A stretch of DNA of 64,000 nt from Hemiscyllium ocellatum (lineage: Eukaryota), in NCBI RefSeq assembly GCF_020745735.1, contig NC_083415.1, positions 38,120,964 through 38,184,963 of the forward strand, written 5' to 3'. Every line of letters starts with the position of its first letter. The first letter of the stretch is position 1. The position numbers and the translations under genes were made by a program. A model generated the notes under the pieces. That model did no database searches. It worked only from the letters and a program-made list of their open reading frames with translations, and was not told where the DNA came from. This document shows positions 50,451 through 63,228 of this stretch, piece after piece.

Positions 50451-52519
50451 ATAATGGAGTTTTAAAACTCAAAATACCAGACAAAGTTCAGATCTGGGAC
50501 CGTTTTACGGTCAGCATAATTTGCTGACCATGTATTTATCCCTGAGCCATAATGGAAATCCCTTAGCTGTAAAATTTATTTGTAAAATTCCTCAAGTAAT
50601 TGGGAATTTGGAGAGCCAAATCAATGAATGCCTGTGGTTCTGGGTTAAAACTGCCAAAAGCTTTTGGAGCTGTTAGGTTCTGTAAGAAATAAGACTTTAA
50701 TCTCATCTGTCTAAACTGATTTTGCATCGCCAAACTCCATGAATCTTCCTTAAATTTTGATTCTATTTTTTCATAGGCAGATATGTTTTGGCTGCTTTCT
50801 TGTTCCTGTGACAAAAGATGGAAGGCTTAATTTTTAGTAGCTCTCCTACTGTGAAGTATTGGAATCTCAGCTAGACGGTTTTGGGTTCAAGTACAAGTCT
50901 TGACTAACAATGAAGCTTCACAAGCATTGCCAATTGCTTTCTGTGTCAAGACTGAGCGTAGTCCTGGCAAGCTTCGCAGAAGTGAAGAAAAAAATAACTT
51001 GTTGAAGTGCATATTTCTTGTTGAATAGTCCCATTTAAAGTTTTGATCACCAACTCACAATGTTTAAGTTCTGATGCAGCTCAGTGAAGAGTGATTGAAG
51101 ACATTTTGGGCTTTTCAGCAATACAGGAATGTATTTGGGAAGTAATAATTTAAGGTGCATTAACAGTTAATGGTAAAGGCAAAAAGAATGAGCCTGAGAT
51201 TTTGCTTCCAAGTTGGGCACCTTGAATCAGGAAATCTCCCCCTCTGTCTTGGGAGAAACTTCCCCAAGTGGTCAGATTTTCTTGCTAGTTTGGTAGTGTT
51301 GGGTGAATCTACTGGTCATGTGTGAGAGAGTAACTTTTTAATCAATCTAACTGAAATAATTTGGTTATAGCACAGGATAGTGTTTTTGCACTGCTGTCTT
51401 GACAACATCGATTGGACTTTTCAGCTAGTTCCTGACACAGGTTACTGATAACATTTCTAACATGGCTTTTGCATGGTGGGTAGTGAGAATGGGGAGGAAT
51501 CTGCCTGATGAAGATAACTACTTTGTTTTTGTGTCAGACCTTGATCAATCTGCAATGATGAGTATCCTTCACACACAGTGCTCTCTCTTAACTGTTCCCT
51601 TTGGCCCTGCGGGGATGGTTTGGGATAAGAAGCAGACATCTGCAGAGATCAGCTTCAGGCAAAAATGAAAATCAATATTGGCATGGCAGAAATAGAAATG
51701 TGCCAAAACTTCATTCTGGATTTTGTCAAGAACGTTTTTACTACAGGGCAAAGATTTCTTTCCTTGTCACTGTTTTTGGAGGGAGAAAAAAAGTCCCTGT
51801 AATTCAGTTAAAATGTCATTTTTCATTTAAAAGTTAAAGTGGTCAAGCCGTGGTTTGTTTTGTAAAATGTCATGCAAGATCATGATTGTCTTTACGGAAA
51901 TAATAGTTCTTTCAGTTATCTTTTTTCAAAGTGCATTTATTGTATTAGGAATTTCTGTAAGTCTATATATAAATCAAAGGCTAAAATGTAATCTTTGTGC
52001 AGCATCTCCAGTAGCCATCTTGTTTAACTCACTGCATTTTTTTCTTTGCCTTATTTCATTCCACTTTTATCTATTTTCTTTCCCAGTTCCCAACTAAGAT
52101 TGTTATTTAATTATCTTGCCCATATTTTTGGCTCTAGTCCATTGTTTCAAGCAATTGCTCAGATATGTTTATTGCCGTCCTACCTAGTTTCAGCTCACTG
52201 TGCCATGTGTCATGTGTCTTACTTCTCTAATCTAGTCATAGTGCTCCCATAGTATGGCACATCAAGGATTGAATGACTACTCTTCTGATACGATTGCTTT
52301 CTGTCATAGACCAGCAGTTTAAGGGAGTGAATAATGTTGCAGAAGGTTTTCAAAATTGTATGCTGTTTCAAGTACCTATTGTCAATGTTCATTCCAGTTT
52401 TTTTGTTGTGCGTTGAGTTCACTTCATTATGTGCTTTAAAGAGAGTGGTCAATCAGTTGCATGCTGCCTCCCAAGTGACTGTATGTATGCACAATATAGG
52501 TGGATTGAATGAGTTGAAT

Positions 52520-52835
52520 TGCTTTGATTTATTATTGTCACCCGCCCAAGTACAGTGAAAAGTTTTGTGTGCAGTACAGGTGGATCATACCATACAAAGT
52601 GCATAAGGATAATAGAACAGAGCAAGGAATACAATGTTATGTCTGCGGAGAAGGTGCAGAAAGACTAAGATCAACATTAAATTTTAAAAATTCAGAGGTC
52701 CATAATAACTGTAAGGAAGAAGCTGTTCTTGAATCTGTTGGTACCTGTGTTTAAGGTTTTGTACCTTCTACCTGATGGAGGAGATTCAAATCAGGTGAGA
52801 GGGGTCTTTGATGATGTTGGCTGCCTTTCTGAGGC
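52520..52835 (-). mobile_element. Rex1/Babar LINE 3' fragment
   Basis: RLRKAANIIKDPSH..PSGRRYK..NRFKNSFF on minus strand. Confidence 0.75.
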
Positions 52836-53089
52836 GGGGGGGGAGGCGGGTCAGACAGGGAGCAGGGGCGCGGACGGAGGGGATACACAATGGGTGGGGT
52901 GGCCAGGTTGGAAGGAGTGCAGGAGGACAGACAGTGGGTGGGCTTGGGGACGGACAGGGGAGTGGTGTTGGATGGAGTTTTGGGGGACAGACGGGTTTGG
53001 AGGGGGTGGCCAGAGGCAGGGGCATGTGCGGTGTGCTGCTGCCTAGTCTCCTTAACAGGAAGCGGACTTAACAAGTGTTAGCTGTGTCA

Positions 53090-53532
53090 CTCAGCTTGAG
53101 AACTCTGTGGTCTCCTGGACTCAATATCGAGTTTAACAATTTGAGGGCATGAACACTTCCCATTTTCCTTACCCCAATCCCCACATATAAGGCTTTATCA
53201 TCACATGGACTGCCTTCACAACAACCTATTGTCAGCCTCTAATGGTCCTCGTTAGCAGCTATTCATTCTCTTCAGCTGGTCTTTACCCATTCCTTCATTT
53301 GCCCAACTGTTTCTCTCTCTCTGGTTTCACCTCCACCTATCATTCACTCTTTACCCCTCCGCTAATTTGTTTTTCAACATGTGCACCAACCTTTTCCTCG
53401 ATTCAGTCTGTTCTGAAGAAGGGTCACTGGATCCAAACCATTCACTCTGCTTCTACCCACAGATGTTGTCTAGACCTGCCGAGTTCTGTTTTTCTTTCTG
53501 ATTTCCAGCATCTGTATTTCTTTGGCTTTTGT
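53090..53532 (+). mobile_element. PLE (Neptune-type) 3' end with decayed HHR
   Basis: PGLNIEFNNL* then ctgaagaagggtcactggatccaaacc..gatttccagcatctg. Confidence 0.7.
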
Positions 53533-53921
53533 CCAGTAATACTCACATTAGCACGTCAGAAATGTTAGGCAGTCATTGAACTTCTCAAATCTTATAGTTT
53601 TCCTCCAGATGCTGGTCCCCTTTGACTATGTCCTGAGCAGATTCTGCTCCCTGTTCAAGATGGAGGATGTTTGCAGCGAGCAGCAAGCTAAATCTGTCAG
53701 CTACTCGCTCTGGTTTCTTTGTTAGGCTTCCCTGACATCTAGCTTGTTTTGAGTTTGGTAAAGCTGGGTGTGCAACTATTAATGAGCTGAGTTGTGGTGT
53801 TAATAAAGCGCTAACCCTGTTGATTGGCATTTTATAGAACATAGAACATAGAACATAGAAGGATACAGCGCAGTACAGGCCCTTCGGCCCTCGATGTTGC
53901 GCCGACCGAGTCCTACCTAAC

Positions 53922-56825
53922 CTATACTAGCCCAATAACTTCCAAATGCCTATCCAATGCCCGCTTAAATGAACATAAAGAAGGAGAGTTCACCACTGAT
54001 ACGGGCAGGGCATTCCATGAACTCACAACCCGCTGTGTGAAGAATCTACCCCTAACATCTGTCCTATACCTACCACCCCTTAATTTAAAGCTATGTCCCC
54101 TAGTAACACCTGACTCCATTAGCGGTAAAAGGTTCTTAGTATCTACCCTATCTAAACCCCTAATCATCTTATACACTTCTATCAGATCTCCCCTAAACCT
54201 TCTCTTCTCCAATGAGAACAGCCCCAAGTGCCTCAGCCTTTCCTCATAAGATTTTCCTACCATTCCAGGCAACATCCTGGTAAACCTCCTCTGCACTCGT
54301 TCTAAAGCTTCCACATCCTTCCTATAGTATGGCGACCAAAACTGCACACAATACTCCAGATGAGGCCTCACCAGAGTCTTATACAACTGCAACATGACCT
54401 CAGGACTCCGGAACTCAATTCCTCTGCCAATAAAGCCCAGTACACCATATGCCTTCCTCACAGCACTATTTACCTGGGTGGCAACTTTCAGAGATCTGTG
54501 TACATAGACACCAAGATCCCTCTGCTCATCCACACTACCAAGTAGCCTACCATTAGCCCAGTAATCCATCATCTTGTTATTCCTACCAAAGTGAACGACT
54601 TCGCACTTAGCTACATTGAATTCCATTTGCCACATTTCCGCCCAGCTCTGCAACTTATCTATATCCCGCTGTAACCTACCACTTCCTTCCTCACTATCCA
54701 CAACTCCACCGACTTTTGTGTCATCCGCAAACTTGCTTACCCAGCTTTCAAGTCCTTCCTCTAGATCATTTATAAAGATAACAAAAAGCAATGGTCCCAA
54801 AACAGATCCTTGTGGTACACCGCTAGTAACTGCGCTCCAAGATGAACATAATCCATCAACTACTACCCTCTGTCTCCTTCCAGCCAGCCAATTCCTAATC
54901 CAAACCTCTAATGTATCCTCAATGCCATACCTCCGAAGTTTTAGCATTAGTCTACCATGGGGAACCTTATCGAACGCCTTACTAAAATCCATATACACAA
55001 CATCTACTGCTTTACCCTCGTCCACTTCCTTAGTCACCTTCTCAAAGAACTCAATAAGGTTTGTGAGGCACGACCTGCCCTTCACAAAACCATGCTGGCT
55101 ATCCCTGATCACGTTATTCCTACCCAGATGTTCATAAATCTTATCCCTTACCATTCTCTCTAAGACTTTGCCCACCACTGAAGTCAGACTCACTGGCCTA
55201 TAGTTACTAGGGCTATCCCTACTCCCTTTCTTGAACAATGGGACCACATTCGCCATCCTCCAGTCCTCTGGTACTATTCCCGTTGACAATGACGACATAA
55301 AAATCCAGGCCAATGGCTCTGCTATCTCCTCCCTAGCTTCCCATAGGATCCTGGGGTAAATGCCATCAGGCCCAGGAGACTTATCTATATTCATCCTTTC
55401 CAATATTCCCAAAACCTCTTCCCTGCATATTTCCAGGGCATCCATTCTAATTATTTGTGATTCCATATTCATATCAGCAACAGTGTCCTGTTCCTGAGTG
55501 AATACTGATGAAAAGTACTGATTTAATGTCTCTCCAATCTCCTCCGCCTCCACACACAACTTCCCACTACTATCCTTGACTGGACCGATACCTACCCTAG
55601 TCATCCTTTTATTCTTGACATACCTATAGAAAGCCTTTGGGTTTTCCCTAATCCTACCAGCTAAAGACTTTTCATGTCCCCTTCTCGCTTTTCTTAGCTC
55701 CCTCTTTAGCTCCTTCCTGGCTACCTTATAACTCTCAATCGCCCCTACTGAACCTTCACGCCTCATCTTTACATATGCCGCCTTCTTCCCTTTCACAAGG
55801 GACTCCAATTCCTTACTAAACCACGGCTGCCTCACAAGGCCCTTTACACCATGCCTGACTGGTACATACCTATCGAGGACACGCAGTAGCTGCTCCTTGA
55901 ACAATCCCCACATCTCATTAGTGTTCTTCTCTTGAAGCCTGTTTTTCCAATCCACACAACCTAAGTCATGCCTCACTGCATCATAATTTCCCTGCCCCCA
56001 GCTATAGCTCTTGCCCTGCGGCGCACGATTATCCCTCTCCATCACTAAAGTAAAAGTCACCGAGTTGTGGTCACTGTCCCCGAAGTGCTCACCTACCTCC
56101 AAGTCTAACACCTGGCCTGGTTCATTACCTAGAACCAAATCCAATATAGCCTCCCCTCTTGTTGGCCTGTCGACATATTGTGTCAGGAAACCCTCCTGCA
56201 CACATTGTACAAACACCGACCCATCTAATGAACTCTAGCTATAGCTCTCCCAGTCAATATCTGGGAAGTTAAAGTCCCCCATAACAACCACCCTGCTACC
56301 TTCACTCTTTTCCTGAATCATCCTCGCAATATTATCCTCTACTTCTCTAGGACTATTAGGAGGCCTGTAGAAAACACCTAACAGGGTGACCTCACCTTTC
56401 CTATTTCTAACCTCAGCCCAAACTACCTCAGATGGCAAGTCCTCTTCCATCGTCCATTCCACTGCTGTGATACTGTCTTTGACAAGTAATGCCACGCCTC
56501 CCCCTTTTTTACCCCCATGTCTGATCCTACTAAAACATTTGAACCCTGGAACCTGCAACAGCCATTCTTGTCCCTGTTCTACCCACGTCTCTGTAATGGC
56601 CACAACATCGAAGTCCCAGGTACCAACCCACGCTGCAAGTTCACCTACCTTATTCCTTATACTTCTGGCATTGAAGTATACACACTTCAATCCACCTTTC
56701 TGGTTACAGGCACCCTCCTTAGAGATCGCTGCATTATTCCTAACCTCCCTACACTCAAGGTCCTGTACCCTAAAGCTACAGTCCTGGTTCCCATGCCCCC
56801 GCGGAGTTAGTTTAAACCCTCCCAA
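53922..56825 (-). pseudogene. CR1 ORF2p (APE endonuclease + reverse transcriptase) with one in-frame TAG at 56235-56237
   Basis: YFNARS, ITETW, YRPP, GDFN, SDH; GVPQGSVLGP, FADD. The two ORF-track pieces are in the same frame (offset 609 nt). Confidence 0.92.
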
Positions 56826-57733
56826 AGAGCACTAGCAAACCTCCCCCCAAGGACACTGGTGCCCCTCAGGTTCAGGTGTAGCCCATCCTTTTTATAGAGG
56901 TCCCACCTTCCCCAGAAAGGACCCCAGTTGTCCAGAAACCGGAATCCCTCCCTCCTGCACCATCCCTGTAGCCACGCATTTAACTGCTCTTTCTCCCTAT
57001 TCCTCGACTCTCTATCACGTGGCACGGGTAACAAACCAGAGACTACAACTCTGTTTGTTCTAACTCGGAGCTTCCAACCTAGCTCCCTGAAAGCCTGTCT
57101 GACATCCTCACCCTTCTTCCTACCTATATCGTTGGTGCCAACGTGGACCATGATCTGGGGCTGCTCCCCCTCCCCCTTAAGGACCTGGAAAACACGATCA
57201 GCGACATCACGTACCCTTGCACCTGGGAGGCAACATACCAAACGTGAGTCCCTGTCGCCCCCACAAAACCGTCTGTCTGCACCCCTCACTATCGAGTCCC
57301 CAAGAACTATTGCTCTACCTTTCTCCACCCTACCCTTCTGAGCAACGGGGCCAGGCTCCGTGCCAGAGGCCTGAACCTCGTTGCTTGCCCCTGGTAAGTC
57401 ATCCCCCCCACAAGTATCCAAAACGGTATACTTGTTCTTGAGGGGAATGACCGCAGGGGGTCCCTGCACTGGCTTCCTCCTCCCACTCCCCCTCACTGTC
57501 ACCCATCTATCTTGAACTTTCGGAGTAACTACTTGCCTATAGCTCCGATCTATGACCTCCTCTGCCTCCCGAATGATCCGCAGTTCATCCAACTCCAGCT
57601 CCAGTTCCCTAACACGGGTTTGGAGGAGCTGGAGATGGGTGCACTTCTTGCAAGTGTACTCAGCAGGGACGCTAATGGCTTCCCTCACCTCATACATGTT
57701 GCAAGAGGAACATTGCCCTCTCTGCACTGCCAT
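56807..57733 (-). CDS. CR1 ORF1p: zinc finger/leucine zipper plus SGNH esterase-like domain
   Basis: CSSC..CKKC, LQTRVRELELEL, GDSIVR, HVGTND, DGLHLN; intact 308 aa. Confidence 0.92.
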   Translation of the reverse strand: MAVQRGQCSSCNMYEVREAISVPAEYTCKKCTHLQLLQTRVRELELELDELRIIREAEEVIDRSYRQVVTPKVQDRWVTVRGSGRRKPVQGPPAVIPLKNKYTVLDTCGGDDLPGASNEVQASGTEPGPVAQKGRVEKGRAIVLGDSIVRGADRRFCGGDRDSRLVCCLPGARVRDVADRVFQVLKGEGEQPQIMVHVGTNDIGRKKGEDVRQAFRELGWKLRVRTNRVVVSGLLPVPRDRESRNREKEQLNAWLQGWCRREGFRFLDNWGPFWGRWDLYKKDGLHLNLRGTSVLGGRFASALWEGLN

Positions 57734-60104
57734 CCCTCTAAAAGTAAGCTTTCCTTAAAAAAAACAACAAAAACCAACTAAATCTAAAGAAACAAACAAG
57801 GAAAATGCAGCACTTACCCGCTAGTCACAATTGGTCTTATTATTAGGTTAGAGGAGGTGGAAGGGTGGGAGGCACTACTCGTGTAGTGCCTCGGGTGACT
57901 CGCCTGCGCCTTTAAATAAGGGGAGAGAAAAAAAACCTTACCCAGGTAACCTAGCGCGCCTTCCGGGTCTGCTACCGCTTTTTTTTTTATCATTTTCTCA
58001 TGGCCTGATGAGAATTTTGCCAGCCTGCTTGTGGAGAAACATCATAGCTGGAGGAAGATGGTCTCCATGTTGAGATGGGCCTTGCCCCACACCTTGCCTG
58101 ATTCTGCCAGACATGGGGCCCATTTGCACAGAACCCATAAGATTCTGCCCAGGGTTTAATTATTGTTATTTCCTAACTCACAGTTTGTTCTATTCAGCCA
58201 TAGATTTTGCCTCTCCACTTTTTTTAATTGTAATGCATCTGGTTTAGTTGAAGAGGCAAAATATGCAAAAAATCTTATTTTCACTGAAGGACAAACTGCA
58301 TTGAATTAGCTTCATTGTTACATACTGACATGAGTACAGTGAAAAGTTCATACGTAGTCTCTTACGGCGCTGTCTAAGGTACAAAGCTACTCGGGTACAA
58401 AATCTTAAGTGCAAAGCATAAAAATAAGGAAAACAATGTTTAAAAAGGCAAACATTACAGTCCTTCTTACTAAAAAGGGGGAAAAAAAACAAAGAAACAC
58501 TTAACAGTTCAATACCACGGTCAATAAACACCTTGCCATGCTGGGATTGCAGTGTTCACAAGGGCTCAACCCCACACCCACCAATGCCTCGGGGCTCCCT
58601 GCACCTGCCCTCGCTCACCAACACCCCGGACTTCCTGCTCCCATTATTGCCGTTGGCGAAGCAATCTATACCTACACACATGACCTGGATGGCATTCAGT
58701 CTTAAGCTTTATCCTCCTCCTTCTCGGAGATGAATGTTGTAGCTTTCGATGGATCCTTGGTGAATTGTAGCAGTGCATTGTGTAAACACTGTTTGATAGT
58801 GATGGAAGGATTGACTGCTAAATCCTCAAGGCCAGTCCACCATCAGCTGGCACTTAAGTCAGGAAGGTGATCGAATATTCTTAATGTTTCCTTCACTGTT
58901 GCTGGGATAAAATCGTGGAAATCACTTCATAATGTCATTGTGGAGGGACTGCAGCAGTTTAGGATGACAGCTAGCTACCACCTTTTCGAGGGTAGTTCAA
59001 GATAGACAATAAATGTTGGACTTGTCAGTGACAGCATACTCTCTGCAGTATGATTTACAAAAGACATAAATCTGGGCCATACATTGAAACCACCAATTGT
59101 AATACGGTAAAATGCAATTTATTGTTGGTAAGATGCCTGCACTCATTGTTGCTGTAAATTATGCTGATAATTGTAGTTTGTTGCTTTGTTAATTAGCTGC
59201 CTTGCCACCAAGATACAGGCAGATGTATTTAAATAGATGTTGGACTGGTTTAGTCACTGACATTGTCATTCTAAAATCTACAAGCCTAGTCACTGTAAAT
59301 GGCAAGCATCCTGCATAGTCAGGTACCAGAGTGGGTGAAAACTTAAATGGCTGTCCCAAGAATTTCATTGAAGAAAGAGATATTCTATGCAAAACACCTT
59401 ACAAATTGCATTTATCTTCTTTGTGTGGGCAAGTTATAGAATGGTGGATGCCTCCACTTTCTGCCACATTCTATCACTAATGAAGATCTTCCATGCCAAG
59501 GTGGCGACATCTTTGGGAGCTGGCCACTAGAAAATTTGCTGGTGTTTGCAAATGTACAGGAAGGGAATGACCCTGCTTTTCCACAATTCTGGCAACAGTG
59601 GCAGTGGGAAAAACACAGACTGGTGTGTTTTAGTGCCAGTTACAAACCGACTGAGATTAATCTCTTCCTTGAGGCATCATCAAGTTATAGTATTTGAAGT
59701 ATATTATCCATGGTACATGTTAGTGTGGTATGAAATGCTGAACTGGACTAAAATAGACATTTTTAAATAACCCAACTGCGCAAAACTTAAATATTTTACT
59801 TTTAATGAATTTCGCTAGCTGGCCGCGTTTATTGGTGCAGTGGTGAATAGTTGATAACCTTCTGAATCTTAAAAGATTGTTTTTCTTTATGGACTTTATC
59901 AGGTTTTTATGCACCTATTTGTATGTACCTTCTCTGCTGCTTCACTAATTCTGATGTCGAATTTGGAAAGACTTGGAACAAAGAGTCCAATGATATATTG
60001 TCAGGCGACTGTGTGTATCAGCTCAGATTACATTTGTCATGAAGCTTTGGGGGGAGTTTCAACATGGGGTCCACTGACCCCATCGACTGATCAGAAGTGA
60101 CAGT

Positions 60105-60306
60105 GGAGAAAGTGAGGTCTGTAGATGCTGGAGATCAGAGCTGAAAATGTGCTGCTGGAAAAGCGCAGCAGGTCAGGCAGCATCCAAGGAGCAGGAAATT
60201 CGACGTTTCGGGCATAATTCCTGATGAAGGGCTTATGCCCGAAACGTCGAATTTCCTGCTCCTTGGATGCTGCCTGACCTGCGCTTTTCCAGCAACACAT
60301 TTTCAG
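60105..60306. mobile_element. Short palindromic PLE/HHR element; complete HHR on + (60216-60253)
   Basis: AATTC-CTGATGA-A-GGGC-ttat-GCCC-GAAA-CG-TC-GAATT; arms from 60141 to 60306; 36-nt tail; TSD tcagaagtgaca 60091-60102/60303-60314. Confidence 0.9.
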
Positions 60307-60535
60307 AAGTGACAATGGTCTGGTAAGTGCTGAAATGGGCTGGTTAGAAGGCACAACTTTGTTTTCTTGAATTTTGTCTGTGTTTTTCAAAAACAAGCTG
60401 TTAGGTCTTTTAGCTGTCGCCCATCCGAGCCACTCTCCAAGCTACCTCATCACCCCCTGCCATGCTGCCTGTATAACTACTGAAGCAACATCCAATGTGG
60501 GCATATCTCCGAAGCCATATGGAAATTCAAGTTTT

Positions 60536-60830
60536 AACAACCGAGAGACTAGGACTTGAGGGCACAGCCTCAGAGTGAAGGGATGGCTCTTCAGAACTAA
60601 AATGAGGAGTAAATTCTTCTTCCAGAGGGTGGAAAATCTGTGGAACTCGCTGGCACACAAGGCTGTGAAGGCCAGGTTTTTGGATGTAGTTAAGACATAG
60701 ATAGGCCATTGATTAATAAGAGGATCAAGGGATATTGAGGAGAAAGCAGAAAAATGGGTTTGAGAAACATATCAGCCACAATCATATAGTGGAATCCTAA
60801 TTCTCTTCCTATATCTTATTGGTTTTATAA
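60536..60830 (+). mobile_element. CR1 3' fragment
   Basis: gggcacagcctcagagtgaaggg..ttcttccagagggtgg..tggaactcgct. Confidence 0.75.
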
Positions 60831-63004
60831 CTGGTTCATCTTTCATAACAGCCATAGGGAAATGTCAACAATTAGGCCCACTAAAAATGAAGGGACAAAT
60901 GCCTTTTTTTTCATTTATAAATTACACCAGATGTCTTGACAATTAAAGCGGCTCAGCAGCCAGTAATTTTTGCTTTGAATATTTCAAGGCCTGGGGATTC
61001 TAGTAAATTGTCATTTTCACATATTTTATCTGCACTTCATAAGCATTTACATTGGCTGCATAAATTCGCAACTCCTGTTTTGCCAGTTTAGACCAATGAT
61101 ACAGCAAATGTGGGATCAGTTTAACCCAGCATTAACTTCGGCGAAGTTCCTGACTGATTCATACCCCTATCCTTTTTCCCCATTGACAAAAATGAGATCT
61201 GTACACATTGGGACTTTCACATAGGGATTTTGCATGCCATTTTTAAAGGCTTCTAAAGTCAGCTTGACTCTACATCATTCTGATGCATGGTCTGTTCATT
61301 CTGTTGGTTTTCTTCTTAGTGATGCCTTTGCTGATCTAATGCAACCCTGTTCCTCCCAAATCACACCTTCATATAATCTTACAGCACTGAAAGACATCAT
61401 TTGAGCCATCATGCCTGAGCTGATTATTTGAAAGATTTATCAACTTAGTTCCAGTCCACTGCCTTCTCTCTGTATCAAATGTACTATTTATTTTTGGCAG
61501 ATGTTCCATTTTTATATATTTTTTGTGACTATATTAAATTAATTTCAAGGTGAAATGGATGACATCAGATCTGTCCATATCTGGGGAAAAAAAGATGGGT
61601 CCATACCAAATGTCAGAACTAGAAATTCTGAACTATCTATTTTTATTTCAAATTTTATTTTTGTAGGAACTAAGTTTAATCTTCAAAACTGTATTTGAAG
61701 ATAAATTTGCAGCAGAAGATAGCACACCTGATTCCCAGTGTTCTTGAAAATCACTTAAATTTGCAAACCCTACAAACAATGTTATATCTGAAAAATCATG
61801 AGATTAATGTTTTTCTTTCTAACCATGGTCATGGATAATGCCGAGGTATGGGAAAAAATTACAGTTTGTGAGTCTTGTAAATCTTTTAGCGTTGAACCAG
61901 AAAGGGGAACATTTTTACAAAAGAGCTTGTTAAAAGAACATTCCTTATAAGTGTCCAGATCTTGACAGGTTGGCATGACAAGCGACCAGTTATGGTTGTC
62001 GATTGCACCTTGAGAAGATTCAGTTGTTCATGGTCAGCAGGATGACAGAAATAACTGTCTACAGTCTGCAGCAATGTAATAGAATTTAGGTCAATGGCCT
62101 CTGCTCTAAATTTAAATTTGCTTCACTGCCAGGGCCATAACTTGCAACTGCTGGGCTGTTTGTTTCAAGTAAGCAAGGCAGCATTGTAGTACTTTGTTGT
62201 GGTTAGTTGTCTGTACAGTAGCGTAAAGATGCCAATTGAAGTTTTCTAATCTTGGATATGTTCTCATAGATTGTGACCATTGGAAACTTGAACTTAAAAT
62301 TCAAACGTGCAAAGGTTAGTTTCCAGTTATTGTAAGAGATTTTATAATAACTAACGTGTCCTAACCAAAGTCACTGTTTTCACAATAGTATCATGGTCTG
62401 AAGGTAGCTTGATTATCTTAAATAATGTACAAGCCAGATCAGGTTACAGGAGTTACGTTCTTTCTGTTTTCAGTGGAGTTTATAATTACAACAAAGTTAC
62501 AACATGGAAGTCAGGAGAGTTGTTTTCTAATTTTGCTTTGGAAGAGTGCAAATTCTGCAATATTTATACACTGAGGAGTTCTTCAGACCGCTTCCTAACT
62601 TCTGAAATTTCTGTCAGTTATCCACTATGTAATAACAAAACTTAGATTGGAATTCACCAGTATGCCCAGTCTGGAATCACATGAATCTGGCTGTCCCAGG
62701 GGATGTCTTCCGGCCAAAATCCCCAAATCCCAAATTTGAAAGCATATAATTTAGAAGTGTATCTTAATTTTACTTTGAAGGTTAGCTAACCTGTTTAAAA
62801 TGTTTATTCACAAACATACAGAATAGGACAGGAGTAGACCACTTGGCTCCTTGAGCCTGTTTCCTCATTCAATGAGATCATTGCTGACAGCAGCAAATTA
62901 CTTGTTCATTTTGTCTGGCATTTCTTTATAACCAGATACTAGTTTCCCAGTCTGACTTTCAGGAGGATTAACGTTGCTTTACACCTTTCCTTTTAAATGC
63001 AATG

Positions 63005-63228
63005 AGTAAAAAGTGAGGTCTGCAGATGCTGGAGATCAGAGCTGAAAATGTGTTGCTGGTTAAAGCACAGCAGGTCAGGCAGCATCCTAGGAACAGGAAA
63101 TTCGACGTTTCGGGCCAGAGCCCTTCATCAGCCTTTCCTGATGAAGGGCTCTGGCCCGAAACGTCGAATCTCCTGTTCCTAGGATGCTGCCTGACCTGCT
63201 GTGCTTTAACCAGCAACACATTTTTCAG
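63005..63228. mobile_element. Short palindromic PLE/HHR element with back-to-back HHR cores (+ 63135-63168; - 63101-63131)
   Basis: TTC-CTGATGA-A-GGGC-tctg-GCCC-GAAA-CG-TC-GAA; ~91-bp arms, 6-nt loop; 36-nt tail; TSD cttttaaatgcaatg 62990-63004/63229-63243. Confidence 0.92.

Larger units (their letters stand above)
53833..57990 (-). mobile_element. Full-length young CR1 LINE (~4.15 kb)
   Basis: 5'UTR, ORF1, ORF2 (APE+RT), 3'UTR and (TTCTATG)n tail. Confidence 0.97.

Noticed and set aside
54037-57781. Plus-strand ORFs overlapping the CR1
   Set aside because: Antisense shadows of CR1 ORFs.
60105-63228. Palindromic elements as DNA-transposon MITEs
   Set aside because: One-sided tail, variable 12-15 bp TSDs, variable centre and HHR cores fit PLE retro-insertion, not TIR transposition.
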